DNA of 64,000 bases from the human T2T-CHM13v2.0 reference genome, Homo sapiens: NCBI RefSeq assembly GCF_009914755.1, contig NC_060935.1; one strand, given 5' to 3'. Position numbers and translations under genes: made by a program. The notes under the pieces are model-generated. The model searched no databases and had not been told where the DNA came from. It saw only the letters and a list, made by a program, of their open reading frames with translations. Each line of letters begins with the position of its first letter. Positions within the stretch are counted from its first letter, which is position 1. This document shows positions 11,990 through 25,827 of the stretch, piece after piece.

Positions 11990-12310
11990 ATTAAAGACTT
12001 GGAAAACAGGACCTGAGAGGAAAGGGTTAAAGGCACTGGGATTACTTAGCCTGGAGAAGGGGTGTTTTAATAACACCCTTCTTTACCTAGAGAGGGTTAT
12101 TTGGATGGAGGCACTGGTTGGTTTCTCTCCATCCCTTTAGAGGGCAAAGTCAGAGAGGATGGGGAACCGACTAACAGGCAGCTAGAGGGATTGAAGTTAG
12201 ACAGTGGGGTGCCTGCCTTGCCCAAATAACATCAACTATTTCACAGGACTTGTGGGGAGGTTATTTGTGTTAGGAAATGAATTAGACGACCTCTGGGTTT
12301 TCTCTTTGCT
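11990..12310 (+). mobile_element. L3/CR1 LINE fragment
   Basis: ggttaaaggcactgggattacttagcctggagaagg motif typical of CR1 ORF2 3' region. Confidence 0.45.
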
Positions 12311-13264
12311 ATTTGAATTCTAGACACCAATTTCCCCAGAATTGTGAAAAATAAGAGCAAAGAAAAAAAAATCGAAGAGCAAATTGAACAGGCGTGGTGG
12401 GGATAGCCCAGCAGCACTCCCTGGCCCTGCCCCTGGGCACAGTGGAGTGTCAGCCCAGGAGGCCCAGAGCTTACATGGGGTCAATCAGAGAGAAGCTTGT
12501 GCCCTGGGCTTGTTCCTTGTTGCAGTGTTAACTGCAACTTGTCTTCCTCAGACCTCAGAAGACGTCTTTCTTCCTCACTCCTTCCACGCACATTGAGTAT
12601 GAACCTGCCCCAATTCAGGAAGGCATTAGGGAAAAGAAGACGCGCCCCTTATCCTGAGGCTGCAGTAGCACTGACTCCCAAGAAACATCCAGACTCGACC
12701 AGTTCCCTCCCAGACCCTGAGCTTCTTCCCTTCTTCATCGTCATTGCCACCATCAGAATAACAAGGCTGGCTACTATTCTTTGTTGAGGGCATACTCTGT
12801 GCCAAGCACTTCATATAGAGTACCCCTAATTCCATGGTACATGGTATAGGTAAGGAAATAAAGGCCCAGAGAGGTAAAGCAACTTTGCCCAAGGCCACAC
12901 AGCAGAGCCGGGCTCAGCCCTGTACCATCTATTCGTGCTGTCTGGACTTCACTACTAACCCCTGAGAGAACATCAGCCTCATCTTACTGACGAATAAATT
13001 AAGACTGAGAAGTTAAGCAATTTGCCCTCAGTCACTCAACTATTAATCAATAAAGCCAGGTATCTCAGCTCCAAAACCTAAGCATTTCCCCTCCTAAATG
13101 AGGTTGGTGAGGCATACCCTGCTACTTGCAAGTTCTCATCCAATGGATGGAGGGGAAAAACCCCTGGGAGACCCCCCTGAGTGGGTGATGGGCAAAGGTC
13201 ACTCCTCTGTCCATCAGAGAAACTGGACAAAATAATGACAAGAAATAGCATTATTATCATTTTC

Positions 13265-13480
13265 ATTAAGCACTAACCCTGTACCAGGCACTGTGCTAGA
13301 CCCTTAACATGCTTAACAATCAGTCCTCCCATAAGGAGTACGAAGTGGGTACTTCCATTCTCCCGTTTTAAATATGAAGCAACCGAGACACACAGAGTTT
13401 CAGTAACCTGCCCAAGGTCACAAGGTGAATAACTAGCAGAACTGGGTTTGGAACTCCATGTACTCTGACTCCAGAACTCT
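13265..13480 (-). mobile_element. MIR SINE
   Basis: gtaccaggcactgtgcta...taacctgcccaaggtcaca...ctgactccaga. Confidence 0.7.
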
Positions 13481-15344
13481 CCCTCTAATCCCTTGAACTG
13501 TGCTGTGAATTTTTTCCTCCTGAGCCAAGTGTGCTAACGAAATTGAGTCTAACAGCTACTTCTGCGCTGTCTCTAAAAGTTTTTTCCATGCCCTTCATGT
13601 TCTTCCAGCCTCTACTCCTGAGGTGCCCCAGAGCCGTCTCATTCCACGTGGCAGCACCCGTGCCCACCCTGGCCTCCTGAGCTCAGAATGGGGGAGACTC
13701 CCGTCCCAGGAAGAGGCTCTGTGGTCAGAAGCTGCTTTGCTATCCCAGGCAAGGCCCGGCTCCCTGTGTATGGACTCACCTGGGGACACAGCTGAGCCCA
13801 GGACCCGAACCAGAGCTGCAGCCATAACCCAAACGTGACCCAGATGCAGACCCAGAGCAGAGCACTCGGGGGAGGCCCAGGGAGCAGGAGGAGGCAGCCT
13901 GACCCCGCAGAGATGGGAGGTGTGGATGGCCCGGAAGGAGATGACCCAGCTCTGCCTAGGTCACTGCCCTGCCTGAGACTCTAGGGAGAGAGGAATGGGA
14001 GGGAGGAAGGGGACAGAGTGAGGGGGCACTCAGGCACCATCTCAGTGCCATCCTGCTGGAGCCATGTGCTGCTCTAGGAAGGGCTGGGCGGGGGCCCACC
14101 TTGGAGTCCTCGTCATCCAGGCAGGGAGGCTGGGTGTGGCAGCTTCCAGCAGGGGAGCTGCTGGGCTCTCCACGCCTCACCTCTTGACTGGACCCTCCCC
14201 TCATACACAAAGCTGAACCAGACTGAACCATCTGCAGCTCCCAGAAAGCGAGTGCGCCCCTCGGGCTGCCCCACATGCTGTTCCGGTGCTTCTCCACCCT
14301 CTGTGCGTCTCAGCTTAGTCGGCATTTCTTCCAAGAATGGCTGCCTGACCTCCCCGCCCCAGTCCAGGCTGAGTGACCCCTCCGTGTGCCGCTACAGCTT
14401 CACACAGTTCCCCAGGGCCCACCTTGCCCACACTGCATTGAAAGCATCTGTTTACACCACTTCCACCAGCAGGCGGTAAGTCCAGGCCATCTCTGTGGCC
14501 ACAGAGTCTAACACAGTGCCCAGCAAACAGTGGTGCCCAATAAGTATCTGTCAAGTTCACGGGTGGTTAAAACAGAACAAAGCCAGCGCAGACTGCAGGC
14601 AACCTGTGGGTACTGCCCCAAAGCCCAAGGTTTCCAGAGGACTGCCAGGCACTCAGCTGGTTCTTGGCAAGAACAGATCAGGATGCAAGGTTGTGGGATG
14701 CTGACTGCTGCGGCAGTGAGGCCAAGTCTGGTGGAAGGTGAAGGCTTGAGGAGGAAGGCTGCCCAGAGCAGGGCAGCTCCAGCAGGGAGGCCGGCCAGGG
14801 TGCAGGGCTGTGAACCTGGCTCAAATTTCCACTAATCTGACAGTTTTCAGGGAAGCCAGGTGGAGGAGACGTGTCGGGACAATAGCAGCCTGTCCATCCT
14901 GTTACGGATGTGCTGGCACTCAGATGACAGTGAGGCAAGAGCCCTGCCTGCCTCCACCCTGGGGAGACGTAGGGTGGCAGAGCTGGGGGGTGGGCAAGCA
15001 CCAAGAAGAAAGAGCAGGAAGCAATGCCTTGGGGTGTCTGTCCTGAGCCCCTCCCTCATGAACTCCCCTGAAGCTGGGGACTGCTGTCCCTGAGCCCCAG
15101 GGCTAATCTAACCATCAATGGACCAAAGGCAATGGAGCGGGGAATAAGGAAGAAAACTAGGTGGGAGGGAAAGAGAAATGAAACAGGAGTGGCAGGAAGG
15201 TAAGAATGCAGCAGACAGCAAGAGCCAGAGTGAGTCAATGAGAGGGGGAAGCAGAGCACATGGAGAAGCTGTGTCAAAATACACTTCACGGCCGGCAGAA
15301 CCCCGTCTCCAGCATTGTCTGTATGAACGCAAAACAGCCCTGTG

Positions 15345-16660
<1,316 letters not shown>

Positions 16661-16684
16661 TAGATTTATTAAGACATAATTTAA

Positions 16685-16718
16685 GGCCGGGCATAGTGGC
16701 TCACGTCTGTAATCCCAG
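16685..16718 (+). mobile_element. Alu 5' stub (34 bp), abruptly truncated
   Basis: ggccgggcatagtggctcacgtctgtaatcccag followed directly by L1PA sequence. Confidence 0.85.
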
Positions 16719-18471
16719 AAGTTTTTATTGGTCTATTCATGAATTGGACTTCTTCCTGGTTTAGTCTTGGGAGGGTGTATGTGTCCAGGAATGTATCCAT
16801 TTCTTCTAGATTTTCTAGTTTATTTGCATAGAGGTGTTTATAATATTCTCTGATGGTAAGTTTGTATTTCTGTGGGATCAGTGGTTATATCCCCTTTATC
16901 ATTTTTTATTGTGTCTATTTGATTCTTCTCTCTTATCTTCTTTATTAGTCTGGCTAGTGGTCTATCTGTTTTGTTAATCTTTTCAAAAAACAAGCTCCTG
17001 GATTCATTGATTTTTTTGAAGGGTTTTTCATGTCTCTGTCTCCTTCAGTTCTGCTCTGATCTTAGTTATTTCTTGCCTTCTGCTAGCTTTTGAATTTGTT
17101 TGCTCTTGCTTCTTTAGTTCTTTCAATTGCGATGTTAAAGTGTTGATTTTAGATCTTTCTTGCTTTCTTCTGTGGGCATTTAGTGCTATAAATTTCCCTC
17201 TAAACACTGCTTTAGCTGTGTCCCAGAGATTCTGGTACATTGTGTCTCTGTTCTCATTTGTTTCAAAGAACTTATTTATTTCTGCCTTAATTTCATTATT
17301 TACCCAGTAGTCATTCAGGGGCAGGTTGTTCAATTTCCATGTAGTTGTGTGGTTTTGAGTGAATTTCTCAATCCTGAGTTCTAATTTAATTGCACTGTGG
17401 TCTGAGAGACTGTTTGTTATGATTTCTGTTCTTTTGCATTTGCTGAGGAGTGTTTTACTTCCAATTATGTGGTCAATTTTAGAATAAGTGTGATGTGGTG
17501 CTGAGAAGAATGTATATTCTGTTGATTTGGGGTGAAGAGTTCTGTAGATATCTATTAGGTCCACTTGGTCCAGAGCTGAGTTCAAGTCCTGAATATCCTT
17601 GTTAATTTTCTGTCTCATTAATCTGTCTAATATTGACAGTGGGGTGTTAAAGTCTCCCACTATTATTGTGTGGGAGTCTAAGTCTCTTTGTGGGTCTCCA
17701 AGAACTTGCTTTATGAAGCTGGATGCTCCTGTATTGGGTGCATATATATTTAGGATAGTCAGCTCTTCTTGTTGCATTGATCCCTTTACCATTATGTAAT
17801 GCCCTTCTTTGTCTCTTTTGACCTTTTTTGGCTGAAAGTCTGTTTTATCAAAGACTAGGATTGCAAACCCTGCTTTTTGTGCTTTCCATTTGCTTGGTAA
17901 ATATTCCTCCATCCCCTTATTTTGAGCCTCTGTACGTCTTTGCATATGAGATGGGTCTCCTGAATACAGCACACCGTTGGGTCTTGACTCTTTATCCAAT
18001 TTGCCAGTCTGTGTCTTTTAATTGGGCCATTTAGCCTGTTTACATTTAAGGTTAATATTGTTTTGTATGAATTTGATCCTGTCATTATGATGCTAGCTGG
18101 TTATTTTGCCCGTTAGTTGATGCAGTTTCTTCATACTGTCGATGGTTTTTACAATTTGGTATGTTTTTGCAGTGACTGGTACCAGTTTTTCCTTTCCATA
18201 TTTAGTGCTTCCTTCAGGAGCTCTTGTAAGGCAGGCCTGGTGGTGACAAAATCTCTCAGCATTTGCTTGTCTGTAAAGGATTTATTTCTCCTTCACTTAT
18301 GAAGCTTAGTTTGGCTGGATATGAAATCCTGGGTTGAAAATTCTTTTCTTTAAGAATGTTGAATATTGGGCTCCACTCTCTTCTGGCTTGTAGGGTTTCT
18401 GCAGAGAGATCTGCTGTTAGTCTGATGGGCTTCCCTTTGTGGGTAACCTGACCTTTCTCTCTGGCTGCCCT
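16716..18471 (-). mobile_element. L1PA internal fragment: ORF1 C-terminus, inter-ORF spacer and ORF2 endonuclease domain (frameshifted)
   Basis: Translations LRAAREKGQVTHKGKPIRLTADLS (ORF1), MTGSNS...CCIQETHL from ATG 18085, and [11 protein letters not shown]...[10 protein letters not shown]...SDHSAIKLE (APE-like endonuclease); no 5'UTR, 3'UTR or poly-A. Confidence 0.95.
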
Positions 18472-18880
18472 CAAACTGTTTTCCATAGTGGCTATGCTAT
18501 TTTCCGTTCCCACCAACAAATTGTAAGACTTCCAGTTACTTCTCATCCTGCCAAGACATCATATAATCAGTCTTTTTAAATTTTAACCATTCTAGTGGTT
18601 GTACAGTGGTATCTCAGTGTGGTTTTAATGTGAGCTTATCTAGTGACTAATAATGTTAAGCTTCTTTTCATATGCTTATGTGCCACTTGCTTCCCTTTAC
18701 TAGTGAAATGTCTCTCCATATCTTTTGCCCAGTTTTTAATCAGGTTGTTTGTCTTCTGATTGAGTAGGAAGAGCTTTTTAAAAGATATCTTGAATCCAAG
18801 TCCTTTGTTAGATACATGTTTTACAAATAGTTTCTACCCCATTATAGCTTGCCTTTTTATCTTCTTAACCATGTCTTTTA

Positions 18881-19214
<334 letters not shown>

Positions 19215-20061
19215 GAACAAGTTTTTTTTAAGGAAGTCTGATATACTGATTTTTTTTTTCTTTAAGGTTTGTGCTTTCTATGTCCTATCTAAGAAATTTC
19301 TATGTTTGCTTCAGTGTGCGGTTGGTATAGATAGAGCTGTTATGCATAACAGGTTATAAAGATTTTAGGTTATAAAGATTTTAAATCTTAGATCCACTAT
19401 TTCAAGTTAATTGTTGTTTATGATGTGAGATAAGGGCCATTTTTTTTCTTGTATATGGATACCCAATTGTTCCAGCACCATTTGTTGAAAAAACTATCAT
19501 TTCCCCCGTTGAATTACCTTGGCACCTTTGTGAAAAATCAGTTATCTACATATATATAAATCTATTTCTGGACTCTCTATTCTGTTCAGTGATCTAAATG
19601 TTTACTTTATTCCATAATACACTATCTAATTACTACTACTTTGTTGTAAGTCTTAAAAATCAGGTAGTAAGTCCTCCAAGCTTGGTCTTCGTTTTTCATA
19701 ATTTTTTGTACCTATTATGATCCATGGCATTTCCATATGAACTTTAGGATCAGATTACAAAATTCTTCAAAAATCTGCTCTGATTTTGACTGAGAGTACA
19801 TTAAATCTGAAGATCAATTTGGGGAGAATTGACAGCTTAACAATAGCAAGTCTTAATAATATCAATACATACCATGAACATGGTATGTTTCTCTATTTAT
19901 TTAGATCTTCTTTAACTTCTCCCAGCAGTTTTGTAGTTTTTAGTGTACTATACAAATTTTTGCTAATTTACTCTTAACTAGTTCATGTTTTCATGCCATC
20001 ATAAATGTTATTTTCCATTTAAATTCCAATTGTTAGTTTCTAGTATATAGAAATACAATTA

Positions 20062-20372
20062 GGCCAGGCACAGTGGCTCACACTTGTAATACTAGCATAT
20101 TAGGAGGCCAAGGTGGCAACTCCAGCTAGAGGCCAGGAATTTGAGAACAGCCTGGGTAACGTAGCAAGACCCTGTCTCTACAAAAAATTTAAAAATAAAA
20201 AAGTCAGTCAGGTGTGGTGGCACAGGCCTGTAGTCACAGCTACGTGGCAGGCTAAGGTGGGAGGATTGCTTAAGCCCAGGAGCTTAAGGCTTCAGTGAGT
20301 CATGATTGTGCCACTGCACTCCAGCCTGGGTGACAGACTGAGGCTCCCTCTCAAAAATAATAATAATAATAA
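20062..20372 (+). mobile_element. AluJ
   Basis: Diverged dimer with (TAA)n tail. Confidence 0.88.
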
Positions 20373-20846
20373 TTAATTTTTGTGTATTGAACCCATATCC
20401 TGCAACATTGCTAAACTCATTTATTAACTGTAGTGTCTTAGCTTGCTTGTGGATTTCCTAAGATTTTCTAGAGAGAAAATTATATTGTTTATAAATAAAA
20501 ACAATTTTGAATCTTCTCATCTGTGCCTTTTTTCTTTTTCTTGAATTCTTGCACTGGCTAGGACCTCCAGTACACTGTCGAATAGAAATAGTTATAACAG
20601 ACTTACTTGCTTTGTTCCTAATCTGAGAGGAAAAACATCCCATTTTTCACTACTAAGTATAATGTCAATTGTAGGGTATTTTTAAATAGATGCCCTTTTC
20701 CAGATTGTGTAAGTTCCCTTGTATCCCTAATTTGCTAAGATTTTATCATGAATCTTGATAAATTTGTCTTGTTGAATTTTGTCAAAAGCTTTCCCTGAAT
20801 CTACTGACATGATCATGTTTTTTTCCTTTTTAGATCTGTTTATATG

Positions 20847-21311
20847 ATACATTCATTTTCTATTGCTGCCGTAACAAGCTTAGTGGCTTAAAACAACACA
20901 AATTTATTATCTTATAGTTTTGGAGGTCAGAAGCCCAAAATGGGCTAAAATCAAGATGTTGGCAGGGCTGCATCTTTTCTGAAGGCTCTAGAAGATAACC
21001 CGTTTCTTTGCCTTTTCCAGCTTGTAGAGGCTGCACATGTTCCCTGGCTCATGACTTTTTCCATCTTCAAAGCCAGCATTTATATCACTCCAATCTCTGC
21101 TTCTGTCATGACACATCTTTTTGTCTGACTCTCCTGCCTCCCTCTTTTAGGTACAAGGATCTTTGTGATTACATTGGGCCCATCCTGATAATCCAGAATA
21201 ATCTCCCATCTCAAAATCCTTAACAATCATATCTGCAAAATATCTTTTGCTACATAAAGTAGTATATTCACAAGTTCTGTGGATTAGGACATAGATATTA
21301 TGACTACCACA
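20847..21311 (-). mobile_element. MLT1 (MaLR) solo LTR
   Basis: attgctgccgtaacaa...ggcttaaaacaacacaaatttatt...ccatctcaaaatcctta...taccaca; tatga flanks. Confidence 0.8.
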
Positions 21312-21334
21312 TATGATAAATTATAGATTGACTT

Positions 21335-21655
21335 TTTAAAAATTGTGGTTAAAAACACATAACACTTACCATTTATCATTTTTGAGTATACAGTTCAGTA
21401 GTGTTAACTACATTCACATTGTTGTATAACAGATCTCTAGAAGTTTTTCATCTTGCAAAACTAAAACTCTATACCCATCAAACAACAACTCCCCATTCCC
21501 CCTTCCCAACTCGACGAAACCACCATTCTACTTTCTGTTTTCATGACTTTGACTACTTTAAATATCTCATATAAGTGGAATCATACACTATTTGTCCTAT
21601 TACGACTGCTTATTTTACTCAACAGAGTGTCTCCAAGGTTCATTCAAGTTGTATA
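21335..21655 (-). mobile_element. L1MA/L1MB 3' end fragment
   Basis: aattgtggttaaaaacacataa...ataagtggaatcatac. Confidence 0.7.
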
Positions 21656-21669
21656 TAAATTGACTTGTG

Positions 21670-22250
21670 AAACTAAAAGTAGATCTACCATTCAATCCAG
21701 CAACCCTACTACTGGGTAACTACCCAGAGAAAAAGAAGTCATTATACAAAAAAGACACACACATACATGCAGGCATACTCACGCTGATAGCAGCACAATT
21801 TACAATTGCAAAGATATGGAATCAATCTAAGTGCCCATAGACCAATGAGTGGATAAAGAAAATGTGATGTGCATACACTGTGGAATGCTACTCAGCCATA
21901 AAAAGGAAAGAAATAATGTCTTTTGCAGCAATTTGGATGGAACTGGAAGCCATTATTCTAAGAGAAATGACTCAGGAATGGAAAACCAAATACTGTATAT
22001 CCTTACTTGTAAGTGGGAGCTAAGCAATGAGGATGCAAAGACATACAGAGTGATATAATGAACTTTGGGGATTTGTGGGTGGGGAGGTTGGGAGCGAGGT
22101 GAGGGATAAAAGACTTCATACTGGGTACAGTTACACTGCTCAGGTGATGGGTGCACTAAAATCTCAGAATTCACCACTATAGAATTCATCCATGTAGGTA
22201 AAAACCACTTGTACCCCCAAAGCTATTTAAATAAAATAAATAAATAAAGA
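21670..22250 (+). mobile_element. L1PB/L1MA 3' end with A-rich tail
   Basis: gatctaccattcaatccagc...ggatggaactggaagccattattct...aaaaccacttgtacccccaaagctatttaaataaaataaataaa. Confidence 0.8.
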
Positions 22251-22459
22251 TTTTAAAACTTAAAAAAACTGACTTTTGAATGTTAAGCCAACCTTGAATT
22301 CCTAGGATAAATCCCATTTGATCACACTTTGTTATTCTTTGTATATATTGCTGATTTTTTTTCTGCTAAAATTCTGTTTAGAAATGTTTCCTCCCCGTTT
22401 CTTTTCTGCAACAGTTTTTGTAGAATTGGTATTTTTTTAAAAATGTTTAGCATCCCAGA

Positions 22460-22860
22460 AATGGCTTGTACTGGCCCATGACAATGTACTTTCAAATTCT
22501 CAGAAATTTTGTAAGCCAGCTGTTAAATACAGCCAGTATTAAAAATTAAATAAATTATGTTAAAAGCAAAAGTAATCCATATGGAAAGAATACTTATCAT
22601 ATCTTAAATATTTTGCTACATTTTATTAATATCAATGCTATTAGGATATTTATGACTTTCATTTATATGGTATTATCTTTATATATATTTGTGCATATAT
22701 ATGCACATCTCTTTTTATCTCCATGATGATTGACATCACATTGGTAGCATGAAATTGACCATAGCGGGAATATTTACACTATGGAAAGTGGCAAATGCTA
22801 CAAAACAGGTTGTTGTTTTTTCTAGAGTGCCAGGTGTAAAACATTTACCAATACACCTGG
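22460..22860 (+). mobile_element. MER63-like hAT DNA transposon
   Basis: ttgtaagccagctgttaaatacagcc...ttggtagcatgaaattgaccat...ggcaaatgctacaaa...aaacatttaccaatacac. Confidence 0.6.
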
Positions 22861-23209
22861 GGGTAGAATGCACTCGTGAAACCACTTGATCCTGGAGTTT
22901 TCTTTATGAAAAAGGTTTCACTTTTTAAAAACTATGAATGTAATTCCTTTAACAGACATAAGATATTCAAATTATTTCTTATTGAATGACCTTCATAGTT
23001 TGTGTTTCAAAGATTATGTCCATTTTATCATCTAAGTCACTGAATTTATTGGCATGTAGTTGTTTATAATATCTCCTTAGGTTTTTTTCAATGTTTGTAG
23101 GATCTGTAGTGATATCCTTGCTTTCATTCCTGATATTGGTAATTTGTGTCTTTTCTCTTTTTTTCTTGATCAGTCAGGTTAGAGTTTTATCAATTGTATT
23201 GATCTTTTC

Positions 23210-23672
23210 TGTGGTGTAAGAACTAAAATTAAGGTTCAATATTATGTGCTACCTTGACACCTGATGAAAACAGGAGGGCCTCATCTAGCCTAGCCCCAAG
23301 TTCCTCATTCCACTCTGCTCCTAACCCCTAGCCAAATCCTCTTAATAAAGAGAACCAGGTGCAGTTAAACAAGGCAATCACAGCCTCCTGCAGGAACCAT
23401 GGGCCACCCCATTCTCTTAGTGCTACAGCCTGGCCCCCACAGCCTCTGGTTGTTCTCTGCTCACAAGTACAACCCCCATGTGATTGTTCATTTCTGTTCC
23501 CAAGTGCAACACCCCTGCATGAGATGTGGTGTCCTCCTCCTGCTGGCTATGAGTATATGTAACTAACAAACTGTTGTCAGTTTCATCTGGTGTCAGGCAT
23601 TGTGTCATCCCCATAACCCTAGGGTGGGAATTTCTCTGTCACCTACTTGGTTAATAGGAAGCAATTAAAATA
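23210..23672 (+). mobile_element. Solo LTR, probably ERVL class (MER54/MER73/MER74-like)
   Basis: TG start, interrupts L1M at gatcttttc|caaa, near-TSD ttttc/ctttc; family not certain. Confidence 0.55.
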
Positions 23673-23934
23673 CTTTCCAAACGATATATTTGAGATTTCT
23701 TAGATTTTTATTTTTCTCTCATTTTTTAATATTTCATTGATTTCTGTTTTCATCTTTTTATTTCCTTCATGGGGTTTAATTGGATTTAATTTTCTCTTGT
23801 CTAGTTTCTTTTGGCAGTAGCTCAGGTGATTGATTTTAGAACATGTTTTTCTAATAAAAGCATATAATACTATATGTCTCTATCTAAGCATTGATTTAGC
23901 TACATCCAAGAAACTTTGTTTACATGCTTTTTTT

Positions 23935-24468
23935 CGTCTATAGTAGAATCTTTTTTCTACCAGGATAGGGATCACCTTTGGACTCACGCCTTAGAAGTCC
24001 CCAGAAGATGCCTTATGCATCTCCAGAGGCAAATTGGTGATTCTTTGCAATAACAACTTTTTGGGACTCTTAGATGCCAAGTAGTGACTGACAACACTTA
24101 AGTTCTTAACAGAGGTTCAGTCCTCAAGTGGGAAGTATGTGTGATTTACAACTGCAGGTATTGCAAAAAAAGATAATCTACTGACCAGCAATCGTATTGG
24201 CCTTTCTTCTCACATAGAAGGAACTCCTAGTCTGAAATCCTATGATTAAGGTGGTACTGGGTGTGGAGAATTATTTCCACTTTCTCTTAGTCCTACCTCA
24301 GATGGTGCTGCAGTGGCAATTTTGGCCAGGGAAGCATTTGCACAGGAGTATGGCCTGCAACCCAAAGAGTTCCACATGGCTGATAAGGCCTCAGGAAACT
24401 TACAATCATGGCAAAAGGTGAAGAGGAAGCGAGGCTTGTCTTACATGGTGGCAGCAGAGAGAGAGCCC
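23935..24468 (-). pseudogene. Processed retrocopy of a spliced THE1D/MST-LTR-initiated non-coding transcript
   Basis: LTR sequence 24368-24467 ends exactly at the MaLR donor position (GGAACT|gtgagt) and joins 433 bp of non-LTR sequence; flanked by TSD atgctttttt; L1M resumes on both sides. Confidence 0.7.
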
Positions 24469-25496
24469 TGTATGCTTTTTTATTCAGTTCAAAACATTTT
24501 CTAATTATCCTTTTGATTTGGTTTATTTCAAAATCTGCTGTCCAATTTCCAAATATTTGGGGGATTTTCTAGATATATTTTGCTTATTGATTTCTGCTTT
24601 TATTTCACTGGTGTCAGAGAACATATTTTCTATGATTTCACACTGTTTAAATCTTGAGACCTGTTCCAGAAATCTATCTTGGTAGATCGATCTTACTTGT
24701 ACAATTGAAAAGAATGTATGTTCTGATTTGTTGGATACAGTACTCTATAAAATGTCAATTAGGTCAAGTTAATTGATGTTGTTGTTCAAATATTTTATGC
24801 CCTAACTGATATTCTTTCTACTTGTTTTGTCAGTTACTGAGAGAAGAGTGTTAAAACCTTCAACTATAATTGTGAACATATCTATTTCTCTTTTCAGATC
24901 AGTTTTTGCTTCATATAGTTTCAAGCTCTGTTATTAAATGCATAAACATTTCAGATTTTTGTCCTATTGATTATTTTACCTCTTTTTCATTAGGAAATAT
25001 TTCTTTGTTCTTTGTAGTATTCAAAGTCTACTTTGAACATTATTTATATAGTCTCCTCAATATCTTTTCATTAGTGTTTGCATGGCATTTTTTTCTATCA
25101 TTTTAATTTTAATCTATTTATACGTTTATTACAGTGAATTTCCTATAAATAACATTGTAGTTGAATCTTTTTTTAATCCAATATGACAATCTCTGCCATT
25201 TAATTGAAGTGTTTAGACCATTTACAATTAAAGTAATTATCACTATTGCTGGGTAAAAACCTATCTTCTTGCTATTTGTTATTAGCTCAGTTTGTTCTGT
25301 GCTCCTTTTGTCCCTCTTTTCTGCCCTCTCTGGATGTAAGTAAGGACTTTTTATGATTCCTTTTTATCTCCATTTGTGGTATATCAGCTGTTTCTCTTTA
25401 TTTTATTTTTAGTGGTTGCTCTACACTTTACAATATACACCTTTAGCTTACCACATCTACCTTCAAATAATCTTTACCATTTCACATATTTTAAAA

Positions 25497-25827
25497 CAGG
25501 TGTCAGTAAACTTTTTTCATAAAGTGTCAGACATTAAATATCTTAAACTTTGTGGGTCATACAGTCTCTGTTGCAACTACTTAACTCCACCATTGAAGCA
25601 AAAGCAGCCACAGCTTATCCATAAATGAATGATCTGTATTCCAATAAAATGTTATTTACAAACACTAAAATTTGAATTTCATATAATTTTCATGTCACAA
25701 AATATTATTTATCTTTTGGTTTTTTCTCAACCATTTAAAAATGTAAAAACCATTCTTAGGTCATGAGCTATAGAAAAACAGGTGGATGGCTGGATTTAAC
25801 TTATGGGCCATAATTGACCAATCCCTG
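25497..25827 (+). mobile_element. MER58B-like hAT-Charlie MITE
   Basis: caggtgtcagtaaactt...gtctctgttgcaactact...ccaatccctg. Confidence 0.75.

Noticed and set aside
17028-17999. 323-aa ORF as a functional endonuclease gene
   Set aside because: Frameshifted L1 ORF2 remnant; the N-terminal endonuclease residues are in another frame and there is no promoter
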